In this document: piece by piece, positions 10,059 through 19,917 of the stretch
Numbering within the stretch: position 1 is the stretch's first letter
How the letters are laid out: every line of letters begins with the position of its first letter
IMG/VR virus record: IMGVR_UViG_3300009183_000020
Location: 1 to 39,443 of that record
Length of the DNA: 39,443 bases
Origin: a virus
Lineage: Duplodnaviria; Caudoviricetes
Strand: one strand, 5' to 3'
Notes under the pieces: generated by a model
The model's database searches: none
What the model saw: the letters and a program-made list of their open reading frames with translations, nothing else
What the model was told of the DNA's origin: nothing
Made by a program: the position numbers and the translations under genes

Positions 10059-10492
10059 TTTATTTTAGAGTAGACCGCGTGGTCGATTGCAGTTGTTGAG
10101 TGTTTACGTAAAACTCCTTCGAATTCAAATCCTAAAATCTGTGCAAAGCGATGATAATCTAACCTTGTGTTTTCTACAAACATTTGAACGCGGTGCAGTC
10201 CACGGTTAAGAACTTCGTTAGTAATGTTTTTAAATTGTTTGACCATCCAGATAGGGTAACGATTAAGTTTATCTGTGCTAAACAACCAACATTCGCCAAC
10301 CCCGTTGTAGGCTATATTTATTCCGAATGCACCAATCGATCGGCCATCCTCCAGGACAATATAACCCATTGATCTATCATGGATATATCCCTGGTAAAAT
10401 TCTGGATTATCCATCTTTGCGCTAAAATAGTGCCTAGAAATAAATTCTAGGAAATTTTCCTTGTCTAAACGTTCTAGCGTAAGGTTACTCAT
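10055..10492 (-). CDS. GNAT-fold protein (T7 gp13-like internal virion protein A / acetyltransferase)
   Basis: GVGECWL..LHRVQMFV..RFAQILGFEFEGVLRK GNAT signature; lies directly after the tail nozzle. Confidence 0.8.
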   Translation of the reverse strand: MSNLTLERLDKENFLEFISRHYFSAKMDNPEFYQGYIHDRSMGYIVLEDGRSIGAFGINIAYNGVGECWLFSTDKLNRYPIWMVKQFKNITNEVLNRGLHRVQMFVENTRLDYHRFAQILGFEFEGVLRKHSTTAIDHAVYSKIK

Positions 10493-12986
10493 TGACTTTA
10501 ATGATTGGCATCAAGGAGAGTATAGTACATGGGTAAGGTTGATCTTGTACAATAAAATATTGCCCATCTCTATTAAAAGAACTTTCATCAGTCAGTTGGA
10601 TAATTCCAGTAAACAGATCAGGCGACTGACCCATAACCCCGTTAGTTTCACGGAAACTTCTTGGTATCTCCATCTGATTTAGATCGCGACCGTATTTAAT
10701 ACCGATTGTATTAAGCAACTGGCAATCGACGCGATGAACCTTTTTCAGTTTACCGTGAGAAGTACCGAACTGGGAACCATCATCGGTAGGCAGGGTCTGC
10801 ACTCTAGATTCGTAGGTATATCCAACTAAGACGTCAGTAGCACTATATTCGAGTTGTATTTGACCTGAAACTACTGTTCTATCAGGATGAATAGCGTTGT
10901 TTGCTACCACACTAACCAGTTCTCCTTCAAGGTGACTAAGACCAGTAACAGTTGTAATTGCAGCACCTTTATAGTGGTAAGAGCAATCCAGATAATTCAT
11001 ACCATCTTTATCCGTAGGACTAGAAGGATTAAACTCATCGTCAAACCGCTCAATATAGCGTTTGGTAACTCCGTTAATCGTCCTTCGGACAATCATGTGC
11101 AATCGATCCTGCATACCTACTTCTGAAGGAATAGAAGCGATTGATTCGACAAAAGCGTTACCACCTAGTTCATGATTTGTCCAGGCATAAACTTCTTGGT
11201 CTTTCTCGTAAGTAAGAGAAATTAGTTTACCATCAGCGCCAAGAAACCAGAGTACTGAGTTTGGTGTCTGGGTGTAAGCCATATCAACCGCTGAAAGGTG
11301 TTTACGGAAAATGTGTTCAGATATAACAGTTGTATCAGATGCTACAAAAGAATCAATCTCAAAGTTGTACATTAACTCACGTAAACGCTGTCCATGATTT
11401 TGTACAAACAATGTGGAAGGACCAATCTTAACAGGTCGAATGTTTGACTCTGACCCGTATGGAGTTTGAACTGTTACGTTAATGTTAGTTGACGTAAGTG
11501 CTTCACTTATAGAGGTAGGTTTAACCTGGAACTCTTCTCCATTAGTGCCGACAAGAAGTACTGGTCCAGATTGAGCCCATAGAATAGTGTTTACTTCGCC
11601 AGATACAATACCTATATTGATTCCGTTATCATCAAGAACTTCTCCTAATAAGTTAGTAGTAGCAAAAGATACATAATCATCAGCCTTACTAAACCAGATT
11701 CTATTCTGTTCTAGCTTTGTTCCTGCATAAATTAAGCGACCTTGGTGGAATGTAACAACACGCGGGTAATTTCCAGTAAACCACGAACCAAGTCTCCAAT
11801 CTGTTGTTTCAGCATTGTTTATATAAAGATTTGAATCAAGCGAATCTTTAGGAACCATATTTCCAAGTGATACGTTAACCTGAGTTGTACTAGTAATGGA
11901 AGTGATTGTTCCCCAAACTATCTTACCACTAAAGTTAAGTCGGAACTGACGACCTATATCATCAGGGGTTAGAAATAAAGGAGTGGAAGAACGTAATATA
12001 GCTGTAATAGTTTCGTCACTAAAAGAACGCTTACCTACAGCCCCAACAGCTGCATGCATTTGAGGGTAACCAGCATCAGAATTCATAACATCCGCAGCAT
12101 AACTATTTGGTGAAGTACCTATAACTACTGGAATTGGACTGTGTGTAGTCATTTTAACCCACCCAGCACCAGCACTAGGATTACGAATATACGACTGTTC
12201 TGTTTCAGTTGACCATATAGTTCTAGAAGCATACACTTTGGTCTGAAGCGTATCAAATGTAATAACTGCAGAATTATCTAACTGTTTTAAATCAACTACT
12301 CTTGCCACTGGTTCTATTGTAACGTTATTAGTAACTCCTATAATAGAACTACGTATAAATGCTAAAAGCAAGGATCCATCTTTCCAATACTCTACACCTT
12401 TATTAAGTGAAAGTGGACCAAACTCATTTGTGGTTGAAGTAAGTTTAGCTCTATGCACTATATCTGTCAGCCATAAAGTAATTGAAGAATCCCCTGGTTG
12501 AGGAGATTGGTAAGGACCGTCTTCTGTAGTAGCAAGTTCTATCGCCCAGTCATCAACATCGTAACTTAAAACCCGTTTAGGAGCATGATCTGGGTGGGCA
12601 ACATACAAAACATCTGCTGACTGAGTATAGTATATCTCGGTTAATTGTGCAGATGAGTATGTAGTTACTAAGTTTATTGGAACTCCTGTGTTAAGCACTA
12701 CAGCATCGTTATTTATTATTCGAATGCTGTTATTTCCAAACTCAAGAATATAGGCTTCCTGAATAGACGGTCTAAATGGAACTAACTTGTGTACCTTAGT
12801 GGAATCTTTTACTTCAGTAATAAACTTAGTTCCCATTCGGCGAACTAATCCACCCTGTGGTTGCACAACGAAATTAGTAATTTCTGCTGCACCATTCTTA
12901 AACCGAGCGGTATCAAGACGACCTCCCATTGCTGGAGATACCTCACCAGCAGAAAAGTTTGTCTTATGTAAGTTTGCCTTTTGCAT
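10485..12986 (-). CDS. Tail tubular protein B / nozzle (T7 gp12-like)
   Basis: NFSAGEVSP..GR.D...NF.V.PQGGL.RR.GT N-terminus, TQSADVLY, YP..V.FHQGRL, GLSHLEGE.V, Q.QP.P.TIL C-terminus. Confidence 0.92.
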   Translation of the reverse strand: MQKANLHKTNFSAGEVSPAMGGRLDTARFKNGAAEITNFVVQPQGGLVRRMGTKFITEVKDSTKVHKLVPFRPSIQEAYILEFGNNSIRIINNDAVVLNTGVPINLVTTYSSAQLTEIYYTQSADVLYVAHPDHAPKRVLSYDVDDWAIELATTEDGPYQSPQPGDSSITLWLTDIVHRAKLTSTTNEFGPLSLNKGVEYWKDGSLLLAFIRSSIIGVTNNVTIEPVARVVDLKQLDNSAVITFDTLQTKVYASRTIWSTETEQSYIRNPSAGAGWVKMTTHSPIPVVIGTSPNSYAADVMNSDAGYPQMHAAVGAVGKRSFSDETITAILRSSTPLFLTPDDIGRQFRLNFSGKIVWGTITSITSTTQVNVSLGNMVPKDSLDSNLYINNAETTDWRLGSWFTGNYPRVVTFHQGRLIYAGTKLEQNRIWFSKADDYVSFATTNLLGEVLDDNGINIGIVSGEVNTILWAQSGPVLLVGTNGEEFQVKPTSISEALTSTNINVTVQTPYGSESNIRPVKIGPSTLFVQNHGQRLRELMYNFEIDSFVASDTTVISEHIFRKHLSAVDMAYTQTPNSVLWFLGADGKLISLTYEKDQEVYAWTNHELGGNAFVESIASIPSEVGMQDRLHMIVRRTINGVTKRYIERFDDEFNPSSPTDKDGMNYLDCSYHYKGAAITTVTGLSHLEGELVSVVANNAIHPDRTVVSGQIQLEYSATDVLVGYTYESRVQTLPTDDGSQFGTSHGKLKKVHRVDCQLLNTIGIKYGRDLNQMEIPRSFRETNGVMGQSPDLFTGIIQLTDESSFNRDGQYFIVQDQPYPCTILSLMPIIKVNE

Positions 12987-12987
12987 A

Positions 12988-13578
12988 TTAGTTAGTCCCT
13001 GGATCTCTTACAAAGCGTGAACCTCGGCGAGCTTCAAGAAGATCGTATGAGTCGAAACTTAATTGAGAACCCTCTGTCGACTGAACAAACTTTGCCATTG
13101 GCATGAGGTTTTTAAACCCCCGTAGAGCTTCTTCGCGAACGGTTTCGGATTCAGTAAGGTAACGAGCAATTTCATAGGCAAGATACCACTCAAAGCAATC
13201 AATAAATAAAGCGTCGACGTTGGTAAAATCCTCGAGGTTGCGGATATATTTAAGCGATACTGAGTCAATGTTGCAAAGCAACCAAGAACCCTCAACCTTC
13301 CATTCGCCGTCATAATCATATAGATCTGTAATACGGAGATAGTCAGAAGGGAGAGCAAACTTGTACTCATATTCGAAAGCAGGTGGAACAGGGTCTGGGG
13401 CCAGCATGACTCGTTCAGCAGCAAATGCCCAGGGATAGAGACGCAGAACGGTACGGCGTACTTTGTCATATTCAGACTGACAAGTTCTAGCCTCCTTGCT
13501 CTGTTCATCAAGGGACATGATTCGTGCTATGCCGATCTTTTGAAGGGCACCATTACATATTGATAGGGCGTTGTACAT
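12988..13578 (-). CDS. Tail tubular protein A / adaptor (T7 gp11-like)
   Basis: ICNGALQKIG..I.SL.E.S.EAR.C...Y..VR..VLR.YPW.FA and LPSDYLRI motifs. Confidence 0.92.
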   Translation of the reverse strand: MYNALSICNGALQKIGIARIMSLDEQSKEARTCQSEYDKVRRTVLRLYPWAFAAERVMLAPDPVPPAFEYEYKFALPSDYLRITDLYDYDGEWKVEGSWLLCNIDSVSLKYIRNLEDFTNVDALFIDCFEWYLAYEIARYLTESETVREEALRGFKNLMPMAKFVQSTEGSQLSFDSYDLLEARRGSRFVRDPGTN

Positions 13579-13584
13579 AATTAA

Positions 13585-13629
13585 GGAAGAAGTAAGAGCC
13601 CGACGGTAGTTAAACCGCCGAGCTCTTAC
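13585..13629 (-). terminator. Hairpin/probable intrinsic terminator after the capsid genes
   Basis: GTAAGAGC (13592-99) / GCTCTTAC (13622-29) stem with an inner imperfect stem, followed on the minus strand by TTCTTCCTT; classic post-capsid position. Confidence 0.7.
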
Positions 13630-13650
13630 AGGTTATCGCAACTAAGGAGA

Positions 13651-14142
13651 TTAGTCCACTACGTAGAAGATAACACCGGAGATCTCGACGTTATCCGCAG
13701 GATTAGCTCCTTTGAATGTAGCGTAGAGTTCAACCTCTTTATCCGTTAGGTAAAAGAGACCAGCGGGTTCTTCGAATAGTTCTACTGGAGCAGTAGAAGC
13801 AGTAGCAATTGCAATGGAAGTTGCAAGGTAATCTGGATCATCTGCTAGCGTTCCCGCCAGATTGTAATATCCAGAGTTATCCAGACCACGGAGACCGAGG
13901 TCAAGAGTAACGCTTGCACCAAATGCGCCATGCTTAAACGCACCATAAACAAGACGTGCTTGAGCAGGTAGTTGAAGAAGTCGCACAGTATCGTTCTGGG
14001 CGATCACTCCACCTACTGCATCACGATCAGCTTGGAACTGGAAGTACGCAACGCGTACCCGTCCATGAAGTTCGTTTGGCATTAGGGGACCGTGTCCCAG
14101 TGCTTCCCATTGCTTGATTTGTTTTGAATCGAATTGAGCCAT
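13651..14142 (-). CDS. Putative capsid decoration/cement protein
   Basis: 163 aa, beta-rich (GRVRVAY..D.V.L..LP..AR), directly after the major capsid gene and before the terminator; AAGGA RBS upstream. Confidence 0.6.
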   Translation of the reverse strand: MAQFDSKQIKQWEALGHGPLMPNELHGRVRVAYFQFQADRDAVGGVIAQNDTVRLLQLPAQARLVYGAFKHGAFGASVTLDLGLRGLDNSGYYNLAGTLADDPDYLATSIAIATASTAPVELFEEPAGLFYLTDKEVELYATFKGANPADNVEISGVIFYVVD

Positions 14143-14172
14143 AGTATTAGTTCCTTTCTGTTATGTCAGGGA

Positions 14173-15075
14173 TTACTTGGTTTCATCGGCGAGGACCTTC
14201 ACAACCTGCTCTTCCCACATCCGAGTAGCTCCAAAGGAACCGCAGACATAGACTTGAACGGAGTTGCGCTTGTCACGACGAGGTCCGATATCAGTGTTCA
14301 CTTCATCCGCAACACCGAGGAGGATACCCTGACGGGTCCAAACGGGGCAGGAACGAATATCTCCCGACTTCGGAAGAATAGAGGGGTGAACACGGATAAA
14401 CTTGATACCCATGAAGGTGTCGATCTTACCATTGACAAGTGCTTTAATAGCAGCGTAGTCGATGTTGTTGATCTCATCCTCACGGAGAAGAGAGTTAATC
14501 TGCCAGGCAGTAACTGCCATGTAGAGTTCCTCAGCAGCATCCCAGTCAACGGCTTCCTCAAGGTCGAACATGAGGCGGATTTTCCGCAACTTGTCGATCG
14601 TAAGGTTGGTGTTACCAGAACCACCGGAATCAGTGTAGTTAACCGCAATTTCCTGAGTAGCAGGGAATGAGATTGAGGTTTGGCCAGTCTTACCGGAGAA
14701 AGAAGCACCAAACGCTGCACGTACGATTTCGATGTCCATGGCACGACCAAGCGCGTAAACGGCGTTGGTGTTGTAGGACGAGGTGGGATCAGCAAGCATA
14801 CGCAGGCGATCTTTACGGTCAATCAAATCCGCCCAGTCATAATCCTCAGTCGCGTTGCGCCTGCGGTCATGTGGGGTGGAAATGAGGGGAGTGTCGCTGT
14901 GGCGGTTTTTCACTTTAACAGCGGCGGTGGGGCCAATTCGGTCGAAGAAATCAAATTCCGAATTTTGGGATTCCATCCTCACATAAGGGCGAAGACGGGA
15001 TCCTTTTTGTTGGAACTTGATTTGGATATTCGAGTGGTACGAATTAACCAAAGCAGTATCTACTTGGAAGGACAT
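14173..15075 (-). CDS. Major capsid protein
   Basis: FQQKGSRLRPYV..FDRIG..RHSDTP..PHDRR..ADLID..D..RML.DP.S.Y..A.ALGR.MD and ALV.G.IDTFMG.KF motifs; GC-richer, strongly biased codons. Confidence 0.95.
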   Translation of the reverse strand: MSFQVDTALVNSYHSNIQIKFQQKGSRLRPYVRMESQNSEFDFFDRIGPTAAVKVKNRHSDTPLISTPHDRRRNATEDYDWADLIDRKDRLRMLADPTSSYNTNAVYALGRAMDIEIVRAAFGASFSGKTGQTSISFPATQEIAVNYTDSGGSGNTNLTIDKLRKIRLMFDLEEAVDWDAAEELYMAVTAWQINSLLREDEINNIDYAAIKALVNGKIDTFMGIKFIRVHPSILPKSGDIRSCPVWTRQGILLGVADEVNTDIGPRRDKRNSVQVYVCGSFGATRMWEEQVVKVLADETK

Positions 15076-15215
15076 ATTTGTTTATTGGTTGGTTGGATTG
15101 TGAGTTCCGGTTCCAATAGTCCGCGAATGCGGGTCTTCACCTTATGCTTAACGGTGCATCACGTGTGGGTTACCACAATGATCAGGTTCCGAAGAGTAGT
15201 CTGATCTCAGGTATC

Positions 15216-15244
15216 ATGATAACCCAACTGTTATCTGCTGTAAA
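15216..15244 (-). promoter_or_regulatory. Sigma70-type promoter for the capsid gene
   Basis: Minus strand TTTACA-N17-TATCAT with an A-tract upstream. Confidence 0.6.
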
Positions 15245-15268
15245 TACTTTTTTTAAAAAAGATTACGA

Positions 15269-16174
15269 TCAATCTTCTGACTTACCTGGGAAAGCAGTGC
15301 GGTGAAGTGCAAGCCACTTATCTACTGCTTCTTTATGTCCAGGTGCTTGAGCATCGCCCCAGACACGCATGAACTCAGGGTCAGTCTTCAGGCGGCCAAT
15401 CTCAGCAGAGGCACCTTCGATTGAACCAGCAAACTGATTATTTCCACCGCCAATAGCTGCATCATCAAGCAACTTTGTTCCAGCGTTGTGCAGGAACTTA
15501 ATGATTTGTGGATTGTCTGCTAGACCAGCACCTTCGAGAACCTCAAAGAGTTCTTGACCACCAAGTTCACGAACTGCAAGTTGTGCAGTCTTAACATTGG
15601 CATCGTAGTTTTGACCCCACTCCCCTTTAAGAGTAGTCATTGCTTGTTCACGTTGAGTAACAAGGTTATCGTTATGAGCAGTAAATCCGCCGTTAAGCAC
15701 GCCATAATACTCGTCAAGAATTGCTTGACCTTGTTGACTGGTAAGACCGAGTTCATGGAACTTCTTGGTCATTTGTTCGTTGACAGCAGAATCGACAACA
15801 CCTTCGACTGGAGCAACAGTGGGCTTGTAACCAGTGTGGTCAGAAGGACGACCAAGTTTATTGTAGAATTCTGAACGTTCTTCAGGAGTAGCTTTCTCAC
15901 CTGGAAGACGGATAGTGTTGGCACCAACCATCGACTTAGTATCGATAGCGGATTTAACAAATCCTGCAAGGTCTTTCGACTGTGTAACGTATGGGTTAAC
16001 TTTAAACTCATCAGGAAGTGTGCCGTACCATGTTTCAGTACCGCCTCCTCCAGTTTGGAGAATAGATCCTGGGGCTGGTGGAGTTGGTGGTGGTGGTGGA
16101 GTACCTCCTCCGCCGCCTCCGTCGCCTCCGCCGTCTTCGTTAAATAGTAGTCTTAGTTGTCCGAATCGTGTCAT
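15269..16174 (-). CDS. Capsid scaffolding protein
   Basis: Gly/Pro low-complexity N-terminus, FYNKLGRP, GLT.QQ.Q, LK.EWG.NYD, GL.DNP.IIK motifs; lies between portal and capsid. Confidence 0.88.
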   Translation of the reverse strand: MTRFGQLRLLFNEDGGGDGGGGGGTPPPPPTPPAPGSILQTGGGGTETWYGTLPDEFKVNPYVTQSKDLAGFVKSAIDTKSMVGANTIRLPGEKATPEERSEFYNKLGRPSDHTGYKPTVAPVEGVVDSAVNEQMTKKFHELGLTSQQGQAILDEYYGVLNGGFTAHNDNLVTQREQAMTTLKGEWGQNYDANVKTAQLAVRELGGQELFEVLEGAGLADNPQIIKFLHNAGTKLLDDAAIGGGNNQFAGSIEGASAEIGRLKTDPEFMRVWGDAQAPGHKEAVDKWLALHRTAFPGKSED

Positions 16175-16431
16175 AATTGTTCTTCTTCGAGTTGTTGTTC
16201 TAGTTCTGTTTCGTTGCGATATGTCGCCTTAAGAAGAGACAGCACTAGGCGCTGCATCCCCTCATTGCGCAAAGATTCATCACGATCTACGCAGGCTACT
16301 GCAGTCGTGACACACCCCTTTTTCATAAGATACGAAAGAATCCTTCGTCCTTGTGGTGTGGTAAAAATTTCCCTGCAGTCCCTTTTGAACTGCAGGTATG
16401 TGGATACTTCTTTAACTATTCCTCGGATCAC
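16171..16431 (-). CDS. Small conserved head-module protein (BPP-1 Bbp19-like)
   Basis: IF.TPQGRRIL.YL....NEG.QR.VL.L pattern directly after the portal. Confidence 0.75.
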   Translation of the reverse strand: MIRGIVKEVSTYLQFKRDCREIFTTPQGRRILSYLMKKGCVTTAVACVDRDESLRNEGMQRLVLSLLKATYRNETELEQQLEEEQL

Positions 16432-18023
16432 ATCATACCTCCAAGGTTAATCCCAGAATCGCTAAGATTTTTAATAGCCTTGGAAGCAGGTTCAGCCATT
16501 TGAACCATGGCTTGCTGCTGTTCAGCCTCCGCTTTCTGGGAGTTAATGGCTTCCATTTCTTCAGGCGAATAAAGTATCTTCTCGCTTGTTCCCATAGCCA
16601 GCGCCATCTCTCTTGAGTAACCTGCCCAGTTGACACTGGCGAAGACCTCTGGGTTAATCTGCGCAGCGGGAATAAGACGCTGGATGTACCTGTCCAGACC
16701 CACAGCACGAAGGCTTGTCTGAGCGCGGGCAGCAGGAGAAGAGTACTCGATTTTCAAACCACCTTGTATTTCGAATGGTGGAGGATCGATTGCACCGTGC
16801 CTGGTGCAAAGAAGGTAGGACAGGGTCAATTGGGGACCAAGTAGTTCCATATTGAGTCGTCCTGTCATAGGCGCAATCTTACGAAGTTTTTCTTCGCGAC
16901 GATCTTGTGCTTCGTACGCAGTCATCTCTACGTTCTCTTTTTCCAGACGGAAGACATCGTTGTAGAAGTACTTGCGGATTGCCTCACGCTTTTGTTCTGC
17001 TTTGTTTTCCGGAATTGAGAAGTTAACAGGTGGAAGAGATTCAATCGGATCAGATCCGGGTTCCTTGTAATTAACCGCACCAGGGTGGGTCTTAAGTGGA
17101 ACAAGGAACGCCTCAGAAGGAACAATCAACGGAGGATCAGTTGCTTTCGAGTAACCTTTAAGAAGTTGAAACTCAAGGCGGTTAAGCATCTTAATATCAG
17201 GCATTGCCTTAAGTGCAGGACTGCGACCATACACTTCCGTCGACATCTTTAACCAGCGCGGAGTATGGAAAGGGAACCATTGAAAACCATCGATTTTCAA
17301 GGTCTCTTTAGTATCCATACACACCCAAATAGAAGCAAAGTTTTTAGCGGGCTTGATGTGCTGTAAGAAGCGAGTATCAGACCTAGGGATAACCAGGTGG
17401 ATAACAGTAAGAGGGGTATCAGGTTTTTCGCGTGTCTTTTCATTGAGTTTTGGTGGCATCTTGCCAAACTCTTGCATAACCTGACGCGCTGTCCAGTTAA
17501 TCTCTCTTACGAGGGTGTCTACAAATCCATCGGAATTTTCTTTAATCCAGCAATCAGCTAGTGCAAACGTCTTGAAGTGCAGTCCGTCTTTCCAGTATTG
17601 ATACTGTACAGAGGTACCGAACGAACCAATGTCAAGGAATGTTTCAGACATCGAACCAGTATACCCTGAATTAGCTGCAGAGTAGTAATGGTAGATTGTA
17701 TCTGTAACATGCTCACACCAGAGTTTTACCCGACGATCATTAGCGTACCGAGGGTTAGTAGAACGAAAATCAAAATAACGATCAGTAGGGTTGGCAACAT
17801 AAGAATGAATCGACGTAGCAAATTCTTCCAATGCATCAACTGCAGTGGCATCATAAATCTGATCGGTGTTACTCTGACCTGGACTCTTCTTACCAGTAAA
17901 GCTATCAGCGTTGGGACGACAATAATCGACTACCTCCTGAAAACGTGAGTTCCAGACTGATCGCTGATTCTTGGCACCAGCCAAGATCAACATGGTTTCC
18001 ATTGCGATATTGTCGTCCGACAT
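16428..18023 (-). CDS. Portal (head-to-tail connector) protein
   Basis: 531 aa; IYDATA, D...FGT, G.VDT..R, PRW....EVYGRSPA..A.PDIK.LN, MTAYE...R.EEK motifs. Confidence 0.95.
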   Translation of the reverse strand: MSDDNIAMETMLILAGAKNQRSVWNSRFQEVVDYCRPNADSFTGKKSPGQSNTDQIYDATAVDALEEFATSIHSYVANPTDRYFDFRSTNPRYANDRRVKLWCEHVTDTIYHYYSAANSGYTGSMSETFLDIGSFGTSVQYQYWKDGLHFKTFALADCWIKENSDGFVDTLVREINWTARQVMQEFGKMPPKLNEKTREKPDTPLTVIHLVIPRSDTRFLQHIKPAKNFASIWVCMDTKETLKIDGFQWFPFHTPRWLKMSTEVYGRSPALKAMPDIKMLNRLEFQLLKGYSKATDPPLIVPSEAFLVPLKTHPGAVNYKEPGSDPIESLPPVNFSIPENKAEQKREAIRKYFYNDVFRLEKENVEMTAYEAQDRREEKLRKIAPMTGRLNMELLGPQLTLSYLLCTRHGAIDPPPFEIQGGLKIEYSSPAARAQTSLRAVGLDRYIQRLIPAAQINPEVFASVNWAGYSREMALAMGTSEKILYSPEEMEAINSQKAEAEQQQAMVQMAEPASKAIKNLSDSGINLGGMM

Positions 18024-18024
18024 A

Positions 18025-18282
18025 TTAACCCCCTAGAATAGATGCGCCTCTTTTGTCGTCAGACATAGAACTACTAAGGATAGTAGATCCAAATCCGCGC
18101 ATCCTACGACGTGCAGGGTCTCGTTCTGCATTTGTTGCTACAGTCTTAGCAGCTTCAGCAGGCCGTGCTGGCGTGTTTGGAAGTTGAGGAGGTTTTGCAG
18201 AAGATCCTCCTTTGTGTAGGCGTGCAAGGCGTCCGTTCATAAATAAGGTTTCATCCCAGTGTGGTCCATCGTTGAAGTCCAT
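18025..18282 (-). CDS. Small virion-associated protein upstream of the portal
   Basis: KGGSS.KPP.LP..P..., RRR.RGF.STIL..., ILGG C-terminus typical of pre-portal small proteins; start uncertain (18282 or 18240). Confidence 0.65.
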   Translation of the reverse strand: MDFNDGPHWDETLFMNGRLARLHKGGSSAKPPQLPNTPARPAEAAKTVATNAERDPARRRMRGFGSTILSSSMSDDKRGASILGG

Positions 18283-18632
18283 TGTTTTACTTTATTGAGG
18301 TTATAGAATCGTGGTTTATTTTTCCTTTCCCAACCGATACGATCAAATCGATTAGGAAGTAAGCTAACAAGAAAAGGCACGTCGCCAACGAGCATATAAA
18401 CCCACCAAGCATTTGGCTCAGGTGAGATGTATCCTGGGTAGGTAAGATTTTCGTAAGGATCGTGTTCATTTACAGGTCTAACAAGTGCTAGGTTGTTTTC
18501 ATCTTTGAAGACAATACATCCCTGGGTATGCAGATGTAAATATAAATCTTCCTCAAAGCTGCGGGCACAATCTTCATTCCTGTAAACCTCCTCTGCAGCT
18601 AGTATTACTTTATCCAAGGTAGTTGTACTCAT
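18237..18632 (-). CDS. Hypothetical protein (possibly degenerate GNAT-like)
   Basis: 131 aa, coupled to the terminase stop; AWWVY.LVG..IGWER motif. Confidence 0.6.
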   Translation of the reverse strand: MSTTTLDKVILAAEEVYRNEDCARSFEEDLYLHLHTQGCIVFKDENNLALVRPVNEHDPYENLTYPGYISPEPNAWWVYMLVGDVPFLVSLLPNRFDRIGWERKNKPRFYNLNKVKQWTSTMDHTGMKPYL

Positions 18633-19917
18633 CTACTGTAGAACTTTTAGGTTTACCTTTTCTCTGTCTTGCGAGATCCTTAGACCGCCATGCGAACATA
18701 CGAAACGCATCAGCACCGTGGGAAGCCCAATCGTGTACCGGTGTTGTAGAGTAGGTCTTCATCATCTCGTTCCATTCTTTACGATAGGATTTTAAGCACT
18801 GGATTCCCGTATCACACTTTGTCTCGTCGAAATAACAGCGCGGCAGGATGTTACGTGTCTGCTCGATACCATCTGACAGATCGTGTTTTGCTACAATCTG
18901 AAACGTAATACCCAGACCTTTGGCCGTCTCATAACGCGATTTGCCAGACGAGAATTCGCGCACCTTAATATCATGTGGTGCATAGTGACGACCATAAACA
19001 TACTGCTTCGTATTTAATTCTTTAATGTAGTGAGGTAGACCTTCTCCCGAATTTGAGTAGTAGTCTATGAACCTAAATTCATCTGCATACTCCTGCATAA
19101 ACCAGATTGTGGTATGGTCGTCAACGCCCAGATCCCAGAAGGTATGTACTGGCAGTAGTGGCTCCCAAGGGCAATTCCGAATCCTTCCCTCTTTTTCCGC
19201 ATTGGTTAACTGGGTAGCATAATATGAACCGACCAGAGGAGCATTGAACGAGCAATAATACTCCTGCTGGATCAACTCCTCAGCCATACCATCCTTACGC
19301 TCGTCCTCGATAGTTTGCTTATCGACTGCACCAGTATCTTCGATGGACAGGGTCTGGGAGAACCATCGATCAGGATTCTTACGCGCCATCTCATGAAGCG
19401 TATACCCATGGTTCTTACCACGCGGAGTAAAGATGAACATTGCCCACCCGCCATTCTCAGCCAAAATCGGTCTAATATAATCCCACGCACTAGGATCCTG
19501 CAGACTATACTCTGAGAAAACCACACCGATAGGATTAGTACCAACAATGCTGTCAACATTGTCCGAACCAACAACACGGTACTTACTCCCGTTAATAAGG
19601 TCAATCTGCAGGTCAACCTCACGCTTCCGTGTAACCAGCTCTTTGGGAAAGGAATCAATGAACGGCGTACCATCGCCTGTCATACCTTCCCAGACAATTT
19701 GCTTACCCTGTTTATATGTAGGCAGTACGTGCCAGTATGTGCCCACGCGCTGGAACGACTTCATGGCGCATATGTTAATTGCAGTTAAGTCTTTCCCTCC
19801 ACGTCGATGCCACACCATTGATGCGCGCAGACCTAACTTGTCCTGCAACATATAGTTCCAGACTGCTTCTTGATAAATACGTGGAGTATAAAATGCGGGT
19901 AATCTAATTTCAGGCAT
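18610..19917 (-). CDS. terL: Terminase large subunit
   Basis: Walker A-like WHRRGGKD, Walker B VVFSE, IFTPRGKNH, QEYYCSF, RNase H-like nuclease WDLG..D.T and HDWASHGADAFR. Confidence 0.96.
   Translation of the reverse strand: MPEIRLPAFYTPRIYQEAVWNYMLQDKLGLRASMVWHRRGGKDLTAINICAMKSFQRVGTYWHVLPTYKQGKQIVWEGMTGDGTPFIDSFPKELVTRKREVDLQIDLINGSKYRVVGSDNVDSIVGTNPIGVVFSEYSLQDPSAWDYIRPILAENGGWAMFIFTPRGKNHGYTLHEMARKNPDRWFSQTLSIEDTGAVDKQTIEDERKDGMAEELIQQEYYCSFNAPLVGSYYATQLTNAEKEGRIRNCPWEPLLPVHTFWDLGVDDHTTIWFMQEYADEFRFIDYYSNSGEGLPHYIKELNTKQYVYGRHYAPHDIKVREFSSGKSRYETAKGLGITFQIVAKHDLSDGIEQTRNILPRCYFDETKCDTGIQCLKSYRKEWNEMMKTYSTTPVHDWASHGADAFRMFAWRSKDLARQRKGKPKSSTVDEYNYLG

Noticed and set aside
14134-15204. 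Long antisense and alternative-frame ORFs over the capsid gene
   Set aside because: Expected shadows of strong codon bias in a highly expressed gene; no motifs or initiation signals.
16070-16140. CCT/CCG/GGT triplet repeats
   Set aside because: They encode the Gly/Pro linker of the scaffold protein.
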